A DNA stretch of 64,000 bases from an uncultured Alphaproteobacteria bacterium (GCA_944390585.1 CALXQI010000011.1:8190-72189), one strand, 5' to 3'. Positions 13,214-23,769 are shown, counted from the stretch's first letter. Notes: generated from the sequence alone by a model not told the origin. Translations and numbers: made by a program.

Positions 13214-15723
13214 TTTATTATGTCTCCCTCTTTGTAATCGTTAAATCCTTCAGTCAAAATACCACATTCATGTGTTTGCTTTGACTCTTTGATTTCATCC
13301 TTTTCATGCTTCATTGAAGTAATTTTTCCGCTGTATACGTTATTGCCATTACGTTCAACATAAATTTTTGTATTATTACGACGAATTATTCCATCAGTAA
13401 CGTAACAACCAGCTATTGTGCCTACACGACTAATGTGGAAGATCTTCCTAACTTCACAAGCTCCGATGTACACTTCTTCTGTGATTGGAGTTAGCAGCTT
13501 GCCTAGTCTACGTTTTACTTCATCAACTACTCGATAAATAATATCGTCAGAAAAAATTTGAACATTGTGTATTTTTGCATAACTTTTTGCTGCTGGTGAT
13601 ACATTGATATTAAACCCAATTACCAAAGATCCTGTTTGATGAGCAAACTCAACATCACTCTCATTAACATCGCCTATGCCTGTTCCTGTTACAACAATGC
13701 CTACCTCATCATGCGTAATAGATGATAGTGTCAAGACAAGCGCTTCAACGGATCCAGCAACATCGCCCTTGACAAATAGCTTTAAGAAACGTTTCTCTTT
13801 TACAGAATCCATCAGTTTGGACATTCTTGCAGAGCTGTCGGCAAATAGTTTTTCTTTTTGACGTCTCTTCCTATTTTCCGCGATTTCTCGTGCTTTTTGC
13901 TCTGAATCAACAACAACTAACGTATCTCCAGGTTCTGGGGAAGAATCAAAACCGACAATATTTACAGGCTCCGCTGGAATCGCATGTGTAACAGCAACAC
14001 CAGCATCGTTGTACAATGCTCTAACTTTGCCAAATGATGCTCCAGCAACAAACACATCTCCAACAGATAATGTACCATTCTGCACAATTGCACTGCCAAC
14101 AAGACCCCTGCCTTTTACAAGTTGCGTTTCTAATATTACACACGAAGCTGGACGGTTTTTATTCGCTGTTAATTGCATAATTTCAGCTTGTAAAAAAATC
14201 GCATCAAGAAGTTTGTCTAGATTTTGCCCTGTTAATGCAGAAATTTCTGCAGACAAAACATCCCCAGAGTATTCCTCTAATACAACCCCATATCCTAGAA
14301 GTTCTGACTTGATGCGTTCTATATTTGTGTTTGGTTTATCTATCTTATTAATTGCAACAATTAATGGAACATTTTGAGACTTTGCATCTGTTATTGCTTC
14401 AATAGTTTGTGCTTTAACTCCATCTTCTGCGGAAACAACAAGCACTATAATGTCTGTTATTTTTGCTCCACGTTCACGTATTTTAGAAAACGCAGCATGT
14501 CCAGGTGTATCTATAAATGTGATACGTTTGCCATCGATCACTATTTGATATGACGATACATGTTGTGTGATTCCACCAGATTCGCGCGCAGCAACAGAGG
14601 TTTTTCTCAACGTATCAAGAAGAGTTGTCTTTCCATGATCAACATGTCCCATAACAGCTACAACAGGTGGTCGTTCTGTCAAATCAGCTACATCGTCAAC
14701 ATAATTATCAATCTCAGTCTCAATGTCCATATCTGAGATACGCTTTGCTTTATGTCCAAATTCTCCACAGATAATTTCTGCAGTATCTCCATCAATGTAT
14801 TGATTAACAGTGACCATGATCCCGAGTTTCATCAATAATTTTATGACTTCCGCACTTCTTACAGCCATCCTGTTTGCAAGATCAGAAACTACAATCATGT
14901 CAGGTATTTCAACCTCACGTACTACTTTTTGTGCCTCTTTCTTTTGTTCAACATTGCGCAACTTTTGTCTTGCACGTTTAAAAGATGCATCTGATCTTGT
15001 ACGCTCTAAGCTGTCATCATCCAAAACGCGACCTAATGCAGCACGTGAAATTTTTTTGCCCTTTTTATCACCATACCTGGATGATTTACTTGTATCAACA
15101 CGAGTTTTATTTTTTTGTTTATCAGGTTCTGTAGAAGTTTTAATATTGCGCTTTTCCTTATCACGTTGTGAAGAACGTTTAGTATTTTGTTTGACTGTTT
15201 CTATATTGTTATGTTCTCTTACCGGTGTTTGCGTTTGCTTTGTGTATTCGCTTGCTTTAAACACTATTGGCTGTTTCTTTTCGACTTTAACATTCTCGCG
15301 TTTCTTCTGTTGTTTTTTATATTCACGTTTATTGCTCACTACGTCGGCGTTTGGCTCCGTGTGCTGAATGCTAGCATCTGGTTTTTCAACATCATTGTTT
15401 TCAATGTGCTCTGTTGTTGCGTGGGTATCTTCTTGTTCTTTCTGGCTTTCTTGCACGTGTATTGTACTTTGCAAAACAGCAACACGCCTTTTAACTTCCT
15501 CTTCTGTTAGGCCAAACGTTTCTTGTTGCTCCTTTGATTTATTTTCCTGTAGTTTGGTTGTATTACTTTCTTTTAAGTTAATACGTAGACCAGAAGATTT
15601 TTTAGTTTTTATTTCAACCTCAACTACACGGTTTTTCCCAAAACTACCGTGAGATTGCGGTATATCTACACGCTTTTTAACGGTAATGGTACCTTTTGTA
15701 CTATTTTTATCATTTTCATTCAT
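13174..15723 (-). CDS. infB: Translation initiation factor IF-2
   Basis: 849 aa with a charged N-terminal region followed by a GTPase domain ([21 protein letters not shown]). Confidence 0.97.
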
Positions 15724-17221
15724 AGAACCAATCTTTCCTCACATTCATAATTAGCGCTTCTGCGTCTTCTTGAGACAACATATCGCCTGCAATTTCCATT
15801 AATTCATCAGTTGCAAGATCGCCCAAATCTTGTAAATTTTTTATTCCAGCTTCAACAAGTACTTCTAAAAGATCTGTGCTAATAACATCATAGTTCTTTA
15901 GATCATCAGCAACCCCGTGTTTTTTGCATAGATTATCTATGGATTTGCGTCTCTTCTCCATATAAACATCTGCTCTTTTTAGCAATTCTTCTGCTGTTTC
16001 ATTGTCAATACCATCAATGCTGCACAATCCATCAACTCCAGCGTCAATAATATCTGGGATGCTAGTATATCCTTCATTGATGAGCAGTCTGGCAACCATA
16101 TCATCAACATCAAGGCCAACACACAAATTATTAACGATTTGCTCTATTTCTTCTGTTCTTCTTTTTGTGTCCTCTTCCTCTGTGACTATACTTATGTTCC
16201 AACCAGTTAGCTTGGATGCTAGTTTTACATTTTGACCTCTGCGTCCAATAGCAATGCTTTGCTGACTGCTTGGAATAACAGCAGTTGCTGTCTCGGTGTC
16301 AGATTCAAAAACGATACGTGCTACATCTGCTGGGGCAAGCGCATTTACTATAAAAACTGCTGGATTGTCAGACCACATGACAACATCAACCTTTTCTCCC
16401 TTTAACTCGTCGCATACTGCTTGTATTCTAGAACCTTTGACACCAACACAAGCTCCTATTGGATCTTGCTTAATATCTGATGTGGCAACAGCTATTTTTG
16501 CCTTGCTTCCCGGGTCTCTAGCTATGGACATGATCTTTATTATTCCATCGTAAATTTCTGGCACTTCACGCTCAAGCAACTTTTTCAAAAAATCATCATG
16601 TGTACGCGATAATTGCAGCATTGGTCTTGAAATATCATCATGTATAGCAATAAGTAACATACTAATGCGATCACCAACATTAAAGACTTCGTTTTGTAAA
16701 ATATCGCTTTTTCTTAGTACACCTTCTGCTCTACCAACGTCAACAACAACCTCTGCAAAATCACACCTTTTTACAACACCTGTGATAATTTCCCCAACTC
16801 TGCCAGTAAATTCCTCATATTGTTTTTTACGCTCAGCAATTTTGACTTTTTGTGTGATTATTTGCTTGGCTGTTTGCGCGGCGACACGCCCAAATTCTAA
16901 TGGAGGCAGTGGTTCCTCAATAATTTGTCCTAATTCTTTACCATCTTTAGCTAGTATTTCAGTATCACGATTCACTACATGATCAACGACTTTAAGACGG
17001 CGTGCGATAAAGATTTCGCCAGTCTTTCTGTCGATATGCGCAACAATATCACAATGCTCTCCGTATTTTAGTTGAGCTGTTTTCAAAATAGCAGTTTCCA
17101 TTGCTTCTAACAGCTCTTCTTTGTCTATTCCTCTATCTTTAGCAACAATCTCTGCAACTTGTATAATCTCATTGTTTACAGGTGTTGCTGTTTTGTTATC
17201 AGTTTTAATTTTGCGGCTCAC
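15716..17221 (-). CDS. nusA: Transcription termination factor NusA
   Basis: 501 aa with an S1/KH-type organisation (GACVGVKGSRIQ). It sits in the rimP-nusA-infB operon. Confidence 0.97.
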   Translation of the reverse strand: MSRKIKTDNKTATPVNNEIIQVAEIVAKDRGIDKEELLEAMETAILKTAQLKYGEHCDIVAHIDRKTGEIFIARRLKVVDHVVNRDTEILAKDGKELGQIIEEPLPPLEFGRVAAQTAKQIITQKVKIAERKKQYEEFTGRVGEIITGVVKRCDFAEVVVDVGRAEGVLRKSDILQNEVFNVGDRISMLLIAIHDDISRPMLQLSRTHDDFLKKLLEREVPEIYDGIIKIMSIARDPGSKAKIAVATSDIKQDPIGACVGVKGSRIQAVCDELKGEKVDVVMWSDNPAVFIVNALAPADVARIVFESDTETATAVIPSSQQSIAIGRRGQNVKLASKLTGWNISIVTEEEDTKRRTEEIEQIVNNLCVGLDVDDMVARLLINEGYTSIPDIIDAGVDGLCSIDGIDNETAEELLKRADVYMEKRRKSIDNLCKKHGVADDLKNYDVISTDLLEVLVEAGIKNLQDLGDLATDELMEIAGDMLSQEDAEALIMNVRKDWFYE

Positions 17222-17244
17222 AGAATTCTCCTCACTGGCAAAAT

Positions 17245-17721
17245 TTACATCTCTTTTGCACCGTCTATATGGGCAAATTTTATCTCTTTGTAGCCAAAAT
17301 CTACAAGACTATTTTTATCTTTTATTTGAATATTGTCATCTGTTGCTGCAGATAAGATACCACAAAACGTTTTCTTCCCGTCCTTTTCAGCAAAAGTTTT
17401 TATTACAACATGTTTCCCAACAAATTTTTGATAATCAAGCGGCTTTACCAATGGCCGGTCTAAACCAGGTGATGATACTTCTAATACGTATCTGTGTTGT
17501 ATTATATCTTCCACATCTAGTATAGCTGATACATCTTTACTTACCATTTCACAGTCATTAATTGTTACATACTGTCCATCAAGCCTCTCAATCATGATTT
17601 GCAGGCGTGTTGTTTTTCCAGAGCTGTGTATAGCAGTACGCACAATATCACAACCATTTCTCTTAACAGCTGGTGTGATAATATCATTGATCTTATCAAT
17701 CAAAGCCATACAACAAAGCAC
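17245..17721 (-). CDS. rimP: Ribosome maturation factor RimP
   Basis: 158 aa immediately upstream of nusA, with the LEVSSPGLDRPL motif. Confidence 0.85.
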   Translation of the reverse strand: MLCCMALIDKINDIITPAVKRNGCDIVRTAIHSSGKTTRLQIMIERLDGQYVTINDCEMVSKDVSAILDVEDIIQHRYVLEVSSPGLDRPLVKPLDYQKFVGKHVVIKTFAEKDGKKTFCGILSAATDDNIQIKDKNSLVDFGYKEIKFAHIDGAKEM

Positions 17722-17774
17722 AAATCAACATGGTAAAAGTATACATCACTGCAAGATTGTTTGTAAAAGTAATA

Positions 17775-19085
17775 TCAAAATGTATGATTTAATATTCCAA
17801 TCGTGTGTGGAGGTAATGACTTAATAACGCGCCCTCTACTGTTTATTATACAAGATATTCCACTATTAGCACACCTAATAACTGGCTGATTTTCTTCTAT
17901 TGCTCTGCATCGCACGATGCGCAGGTGTTGCACCATCTCATCGCTATATTTACTGTCAAACCATGCATCATTTGTAATATTAATAATTATTGATGACTTG
18001 CCTTCAGTGATACACTTTGGAAATACGCTTTCATAACAGATAATTGGAGTTATCGTAGGCAGTCCATCAATGTTTATTAAACGTATATTATTGCCACTTG
18101 TATAGTTTAGTTCTGAAGCAATATTTTTTATTCCAATTTTTGATAAGAATTGTGGAGAAAATTCTCCAAATGGTACAAGGTGTTTTTTGTCATATCGTGC
18201 TTCAATACCATTTTTACCTATGACAACAATACTGTTAAACATTTTATTATTTTCATGTATATCAACTCCAGCAATAAGATGAATATTGTTATTTTTAATA
18301 TTTTTTGATATGTACTCAACAATACTTGTCTGTAATTGAAAAGCAGCTTCCGGCCAAATTATTAGTGTTGTTTTATCATCTTTAGATTCAAAATCAGATA
18401 AATCAAGGTGATATTTTAAGTTTGCATAAGCCAAGCTGGCATTCATTTTGTCTATTTGTGGAATAGATGGCTGTACAATAACAATTTTGCAATTTTGTAA
18501 TTGTGTATTGTCAGGTGCAAAGTGTTCCCTATAAATTCCAAATAATAGTAAAGTTGTGGTTAAAGTGATTTTCCACCGTATATTTACAACTGCTATTAAA
18601 ACAACAAAAAATGATAATCCGTATGCTGTTATTATATATGCAATTTGTGGTAGATAAGGCGTATCCATAAAAGTATAACCAATCAAATTCCACGGAAATC
18701 CAGAAAATAAAACCCCACGCAAAATCTCGCATACTGTCCATGCTAAACTAAATATCAATTTGTTTTTATAAAAAATACAACTGATTGCGGGATAAATCGC
18801 CAAGTATAGCGATAATAAAATAGTAGATAAAATGCCAGTTGTTATCATATCATAATACTGAAATGATAAATATAGCCAAGAAATAGAACTTAAGAAATAT
18901 CCGATGCCAAAAAAATACCCTATTATAAATGAAGTTTTAACATTACTATTTTTTAACAAATGTAGTAGTACATAGAACATGACGCATGGCATAAAGAATA
19001 TGGCGTAGTATTTCCAAAAGCAGAATTTTGCCAAACATCCTGTAAGAAAGGCATATATGTATTTTTTTACTATTTCCTTTTCCAT
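17775..19085 (-). CDS. lnt: Apolipoprotein N-acyltransferase
   Basis: 436 aa with a polytopic N-terminal half and a nitrilase-type C-terminal half. The E/K/C triad contexts are present (IIWPEAAF, DKKHLVPFGEF, ICYESVF). It is shorter than typical Lnt and overlaps the cysS 3' end by 16 nt. Confidence 0.85.
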   Translation of the reverse strand: MEKEIVKKYIYAFLTGCLAKFCFWKYYAIFFMPCVMFYVLLHLLKNSNVKTSFIIGYFFGIGYFLSSISWLYLSFQYYDMITTGILSTILLSLYLAIYPAISCIFYKNKLIFSLAWTVCEILRGVLFSGFPWNLIGYTFMDTPYLPQIAYIITAYGLSFFVVLIAVVNIRWKITLTTTLLLFGIYREHFAPDNTQLQNCKIVIVQPSIPQIDKMNASLAYANLKYHLDLSDFESKDDKTTLIIWPEAAFQLQTSIVEYISKNIKNNNIHLIAGVDIHENNKMFNSIVVIGKNGIEARYDKKHLVPFGEFSPQFLSKIGIKNIASELNYTSGNNIRLINIDGLPTITPIICYESVFPKCITEGKSSIIINITNDAWFDSKYSDEMVQHLRIVRCRAIEENQPVIRCANSGISCIINSRGRVIKSLPPHTIGILNHTF

Positions 19086-20473
19086 ATGGTGCCACTTTGT
19101 GTATCTTCTATTATTATGCCTTCATTGATAAGTTCTTGTCTTATTTTGTCAGCCATAATATAATCCTTGTTTTTTCTTGCGTTATTGCGTTTTTTGATCA
19201 TATCTTCTATCCATTCCGTGTCTATTGTGTTATTTGTTTTAAACCATTCGTCTTGTGTTTTATTTAAAATTCCAAGTAAAGTTCTTGCTGTATACGTAGC
19301 AATTTCAGGCTGTTTTAGAAATGCACTATGCAATGCAGTTATTGCAGATGGTGTATTTAGATTATTACATAGAGAAGAAAAAACATCTGCAGATAGTGTT
19401 GTACAAGTATTATCATGTTTAGCTTGAGTATACCATTTATCCAATACTGCCTTTGCTTGTTGTAAAAGCTGTGTATTGAAATTTATAGGTGCTGCATATT
19501 GTGTCATTAACAGCGCTAACCGTATAACTTCTCCATCGTATTGTTTTAACAACTCGTGAATAGTTACAAAATTACCTTCTGATTTGGACATTTTACTGTT
19601 ATTTAATGTTACATGACCATTATGTATCCAATAATTGGCCATTCTATCTAGTTTTGATACAGAACAGGATTGCGCAATCTCATTTTCATGATGTGGGAAA
19701 ACCAGATCAATTCCTCCGCCATGTATATCAAAAACATCACCCAAATATTTTTTTGCCATTGCAGAGCATTCTATATGCCATCCAGGCCTTCCAATTCCAA
19801 ATGGACTCTCCCACCCTATGTTGAATTGGCTGCTTTTTGGTTTCCACAATACAAAATCCAAAGGGTTGCGCTTATGTTCTGAAATTGAGATGCGCGCTCC
19901 ACTACTTAATTCTTCAGTTTTTTTATTGGACAACTTGCCATAATGATTAAAAGATGTAACATCAAAATAAACGTGGTCATTGGATATATATGCCTTGTCT
20001 TCATCCAATAATATTTGTATAAAAGCGATAATGTCTTCTATATGTTCTGTGGCTTTTGGTTCAATTGTTGGCGACAAAATATTTAATGCAGACATATCAT
20101 CATGGTACATTTGTATTGTTTGTTGCGTGAGTTCATTAATACTGATATTTTGTTCAGTAGCTCGTTTATAAATTTTATCGTCTACATCGGTTATATTTCT
20201 AACATATGTTACGTTTTCATACATTACTTGTAACAAACGATATAAAACATCAAATACAATTGCAGGACGCGCATTGCCTATATGCGCCCTGTCATAAACT
20301 GTAGGCCCGCAGACGTACATCTTTATGTTACTAGCATCAATTGGTTTAAAAATTTCTATTGTCCTACTTAACGTGTTGTATAATCTGAGTTCCAAACTTT
20401 TGCCAGAATAGAAGTACACATAATGGTAACATGTTATTTGCCCTATCCACAAAATGTTTAGTATAAAGAACAT
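19070..20473 (-). CDS. cysS: Cysteinyl-tRNA synthetase
   Basis: HIGNARP (HIGH) and KMSKS motifs are present. The first 26 residues of the 467-aa ORF look non-homologous. The conserved start ELRLYNTLSR begins at an in-frame TTG at 20395, which is probably the true start. Confidence 0.95.
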   Translation of the reverse strand: MFFILNILWIGQITCYHYVYFYSGKSLELRLYNTLSRTIEIFKPIDASNIKMYVCGPTVYDRAHIGNARPAIVFDVLYRLLQVMYENVTYVRNITDVDDKIYKRATEQNISINELTQQTIQMYHDDMSALNILSPTIEPKATEHIEDIIAFIQILLDEDKAYISNDHVYFDVTSFNHYGKLSNKKTEELSSGARISISEHKRNPLDFVLWKPKSSQFNIGWESPFGIGRPGWHIECSAMAKKYLGDVFDIHGGGIDLVFPHHENEIAQSCSVSKLDRMANYWIHNGHVTLNNSKMSKSEGNFVTIHELLKQYDGEVIRLALLMTQYAAPINFNTQLLQQAKAVLDKWYTQAKHDNTCTTLSADVFSSLCNNLNTPSAITALHSAFLKQPEIATYTARTLLGILNKTQDEWFKTNNTIDTEWIEDMIKKRNNARKNKDYIMADKIRQELINEGIIIEDTQSGTIWKRK

Positions 20474-20542
20474 GTTTAAATTAAATTGCTCTTGACTACA
20501 AAACAGTGTAGATTGATATTTAAAGCAATTTGTGTGTAAGCA

Positions 20543-21250
20543 GTGTACTACGCACTGACTAGATTATTTTTTGCATTTTTATTGTCTGTAGTTGATTTAT
20601 ATGCAGCTCAGTATAACCGAACACAACTTCCACTATTGCCAGATATTCAAAAAACGTTTCCATTAATTACAGCTAATAGATTTATGATTGCAAATACAGA
20701 CACAATGTGTGTCTTGAATGAAAAAGGAGCTGATGGAGATTCTAGTAGCATCAATTTGTATACAGCAGCAATATTTGGCGCTGATGACAAACGTTATGTA
20801 TGTTACAAGTATAAAAATGTTAATAAGTGTAATTTTATTATTGTACTATATTATAATGAATATTATGTTGATCAAATACAACAAGATAAAGAATACATTA
20901 ATAAATGGTTAGATATGTTTTATATAAGTAAAGTATCATGTATAAAGTGTCATTTTGCAAGTACAAGGATAATTTATGCAGATGGAGTACATAATGTCCC
21001 AGCTACATTAAAAAAAGATATTCAAATTATAACAACAAAGCGATGTGCAATAAAAAAAGTATTACGATACAAAGCATCTGTAAAAGCACCAGTACATTTT
21101 TATACAAAGATAGGATCATTAAATATATATTCTATTTTTGTTAATCCAATATCTATTCCTATTTACGCTCATGTTAACGTAAAAAAGACAACAGTATACA
21201 AGAGAATTCTTGAATCTATCAGGATATTGATTTTTGGACAGAATTCGTAG
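20543..21250 (+). CDS. Signal-peptide protein resembling an internally deleted D-Ala-D-Ala carboxypeptidase (PBP5/DacA-like, probably non-catalytic)
   Basis: 235 aa with a GTG start. The N-terminal part (LPDIQKTFPLITANRFMIANTDTMCVLNEKGADGDSSSINLYTAAIF) parallels the DacA entry strand and SxxK region, but the Lys is absent. The C-terminal part (ASVKAPVHFYTKIGSLNIY..ISIPIYAHVNVKK) resembles the PBP5 C-terminal beta domain. The SxN/KTG core appears to be missing. Confidence 0.4.
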   Translation: MYYALTRLFFAFLLSVVDLYAAQYNRTQLPLLPDIQKTFPLITANRFMIANTDTMCVLNEKGADGDSSSINLYTAAIFGADDKRYVCYKYKNVNKCNFIIVLYYNEYYVDQIQQDKEYINKWLDMFYISKVSCIKCHFASTRIIYADGVHNVPATLKKDIQIITTKRCAIKKVLRYKASVKAPVHFYTKIGSLNIYSIFVNPISIPIYAHVNVKKTTVYKRILESIRILIFGQNS

Positions 21251-21282
21251 CGTAAACTATATGTATTAATATAAAAAAACAA

Positions 21283-21311
21283 TTGACATTATTAAAATGT
21301 AATGATATAAT
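21283..21311 (+). promoter_or_regulatory. Consensus sigma-70 promoter TTGACA-17-TATAAT
   Basis: TTGACA lies at 21283-21288, followed by a 17-nt spacer and TATAAT at 21306-21311. The -10 element is 36 nt upstream of ATG 21347. Confidence 0.55.
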
Positions 21312-21346
21312 ACTAAAGCGTTTATGTTGTTTTATAAGGAACTAAA

Positions 21347-22040
21347 ATGAAGAAAACAGTATTGTTATTAATTACATTATGCTGTTGGGGGGGCTGCAGC
21401 AGCAGGCACTGGTGTAGGTGAGAGGCAAGATGTTGAGTGGAGAGAAGAATTTGAGGCAATGTTTGTGGAAGTGAATAAGGGATTGGATAGTATGTTGGGT
21501 GATAGCAGGGAATGGATTGATGTGGACATTATTATGGATGAAAAAGAGAAGGAGAGAATGAAATATGCGATACATAGGGTGCTTGTGTATAGGGGGATGA
21601 TTCATGTACCTGTGGAGATTGTAGAAACTATGAATTATATGTGTGCGATATTGGAGGAGATGGGACGAGATGGGGCGGAAGTGATAAATGCGATTATGCC
21701 TGAACGGAGGCAAAGGTTTTGGGCAAAGGTTCACAAGTATGTGGAAATGCTTGAAATTTGTTGTGAAATGGAAGAAACGCAAAAACATGACTGGGATGAG
21801 GTGTCACGAGAAAATCTGGGGACAAGTGGTGTGTTGACTGCGTGCCGGGACAGTGCACGTCGGATGCGCGAATATCTTGCTGGAAAGTTTGTTGGCGCTA
21901 GGAGGGGTATTCAGCAACAAACGATCCAACGCAATGCGGGAAATGGCGAAGTGGAGACGAGAGTGCAAAACACAAACGAGAGGGGAAATAACACAAATGG
22001 GGATGCGGATTATTTTGATGGGCCAAGGGCCGCAATGTGA
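21347..22040 (+). pseudogene. Secreted-protein family member interrupted by a +1 frame change inside a G7 run (frameshifted or phase-variable)
   Basis: ATG 21347 encodes MKKTVLLLITLCCWGG and then reaches TGA at 21419-21421. The body (track ORF 21459..22040, frame open from 21372) is in the next frame. The two frames cross in GGGGGGG at 21387-21393. Confidence 0.6.
21387..21393 (+). repeat. Homopolymeric G7 tract at the signal-peptide/mature-protein junction
   Basis: Direct read of the sequence: tgttGGGGGGGctgc. Confidence 0.9.
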
Positions 22041-22207
22041 TGTTGAGTAATGGTGGCGTTCTGGCAAGCATGCTAGATACTACCGTTTGTAGTTTTACAA
22101 AAAATTAAAATAAGAACAGAATGTTTTAAATGTTAACAATATTAGATATATATTGTTATTCTATTTTTAGTAACATCTGCAAACAAAAAACACTTCACCA
22201 ATCAACA

Positions 22208-23092
22208 TTATGAGCAGCACCCGCACCTTTCATGTTTACCAATGGATGCAACACATGTTCCGCATACTATAAATATTGCTCCAGCTATTACAGTTAATGT
22301 AGGAATTTCGCCAAAGAACAAGTACCCAAGAATTACAGAGAAAATCAATTCTGTATATCTTAAAGGTGATAGGTTTGCAGCCGATGTTGCGCGATATGCC
22401 AAGAACATAAATAACTGGAGTAAATTTGCTCCACATCCAAGCAAAATTAATAAAAACAGCTCATGTATTGTGGGTGTCAACCACACAGATGGAACAAATA
22501 TTCCGGAAATTAACATTGTGTATAAACCAAAATAATACAACATGATCATGTTGTTTTCTTTTGAATCTACCATTTTTTTAATCATGATATTTTGCACAGA
22601 AAACAGCAAGGCGGCAGCTGTCGGTATTAGTGCATTAATATTAAAATTATTACTACTTGGCTTAAATATAATAAGTAGCCCAATTACCCCAATAACTGTC
22701 GCAAATAAAGTCCTGTAAGTAATCTTTTCACGCAAAAAGATAGCAGACATCGGCAACATAAAAATTGCCTCAGAAAACAGGATTGAAGCGTTTTCCGCAA
22801 GCGGCATCAGTTTGACGCTTAAACAACACATTGTAAGAGAAACAGCACCAACTACACTTCTTGCAAAATGCATTTTGTGCATACTGGATGCGATACTGAT
22901 TTTCTTGCTATGTACTATTGCTGCAACGGACAAAAATGAAAACAAAAACCTAAAAAACGATATTTCTATAAAATGCAACCTATCGCCTAATATACGCATA
23001 AGAACATCGTTCATAGCGCATACAACGTACACCATAATTCCCCAAAATACTCCCTGTTTCAGCCCACTTTGGAAAAACCAATTTACAAACAT
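22208..23092 (-). CDS. EamA/DMT-family transporter (resembles the rickettsial S-adenosylmethionine uptake transporter type)
   Basis: 294 aa with about 10 TM helices and two EamA-like halves. Motifs such as NDV..LG.RLH..E..FFRF and WLTP..EL recall the Rickettsia Sam transporter. That comparison is from memory and is unverified. Confidence 0.8.
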   Translation of the reverse strand: MFVNWFFQSGLKQGVFWGIMVYVVCAMNDVLMRILGDRLHFIEISFFRFLFSFLSVAAIVHSKKISIASSMHKMHFARSVVGAVSLTMCCLSVKLMPLAENASILFSEAIFMLPMSAIFLREKITYRTLFATVIGVIGLLIIFKPSSNNFNINALIPTAAALLFSVQNIMIKKMVDSKENNMIMLYYFGLYTMLISGIFVPSVWLTPTIHELFLLILLGCGANLLQLFMFLAYRATSAANLSPLRYTELIFSVILGYLFFGEIPTLTVIAGAIFIVCGTCVASIGKHERCGCCS

Positions 23093-23178
23093 ATAATACT
23101 AGAGCAGTGCTACTAATGGTGGAAAGTATAGCATAAAATCATCAATATTATTTAATTTCTCCCCATCATTTTACAATT

Positions 23179-23769
23179 CTACATTATGGAGTCCCCATAG
23201 CATAATCTTGCAAGAACATTCATTATCCAATAATGATGAACTTCACACAACTTTAGCATTTCTATTTTAAGTTCAAATTTATGAAGCGCGTTATCAGTTT
23301 TTTGCATTTTTTCCACAACGTTATGGCATCTACAAAGATAATTTCCTATTTTGCTTGCTCGCACAAACAGGTCACCACGGATAATATCGTGTTTAATAAG
23401 TTTGTTATTATCACACACCATGTATCAATCATTCAAGTTCGCTTACTTCTTTAATCCTTGACTTTTCAATAAATTCTTTATAAATTTTTAACTCTGCATC
23501 ATCTATTTCTTGTTGTCTTTTTAATTTTAATTCTTTTATCTTCCGTGCATCGCTAATTGACTTTATCAATTGATCATGCTTATCATTTATTGCCACAAGT
23601 CAGGATATGGTTCAAAAAACTGGACAATGCGTGCTCTAACTTACAAAATGCCCCCATAATTTGTGTTGTTTGCTCGCTTGTTTGCGCTACTACACCTTTG
23701 CTACTAGCAAAACTACCCCCTCCCCCCACAGCAACAAACAACAGTCAACACTAATAAAATCTTATTCAT
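23179..23769 (-). pseudogene. Decayed tandem paralog of the 24032..24676 secreted protein
   Basis: ATG 23769 encodes MNKILLVLTVVCCCGGRG and then a stop. The other frames continue as GSFASSKGVVAQTSEQTT..FCKLEHALSSFLNHI, then PYPDLWQ-stop, then INDKHDQLIKSISDARKIKELKLKRQQEIDDAELKIY. The remaining 80-aa ORF is 23179..23421. All segments are collinear with the intact neighbour, with at least 3 frame disruptions. Confidence 0.7.
23716..23727 (-). repeat. G6-A-G5 tract right after the signal peptide of the pseudogene
   Basis: The plus strand reads CCCCCTCCCCCC at 23716-23727. Confidence 0.9.

Noticed and set aside
21372-21788. 138-aa His/Pro/Phe-rich ORF antisense to the G-rich secreted-family gene
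   Set aside because: It is a mirror frame of a purine-rich coding strand with a low-complexity composition. The sense strand has the promoter and signal peptide.
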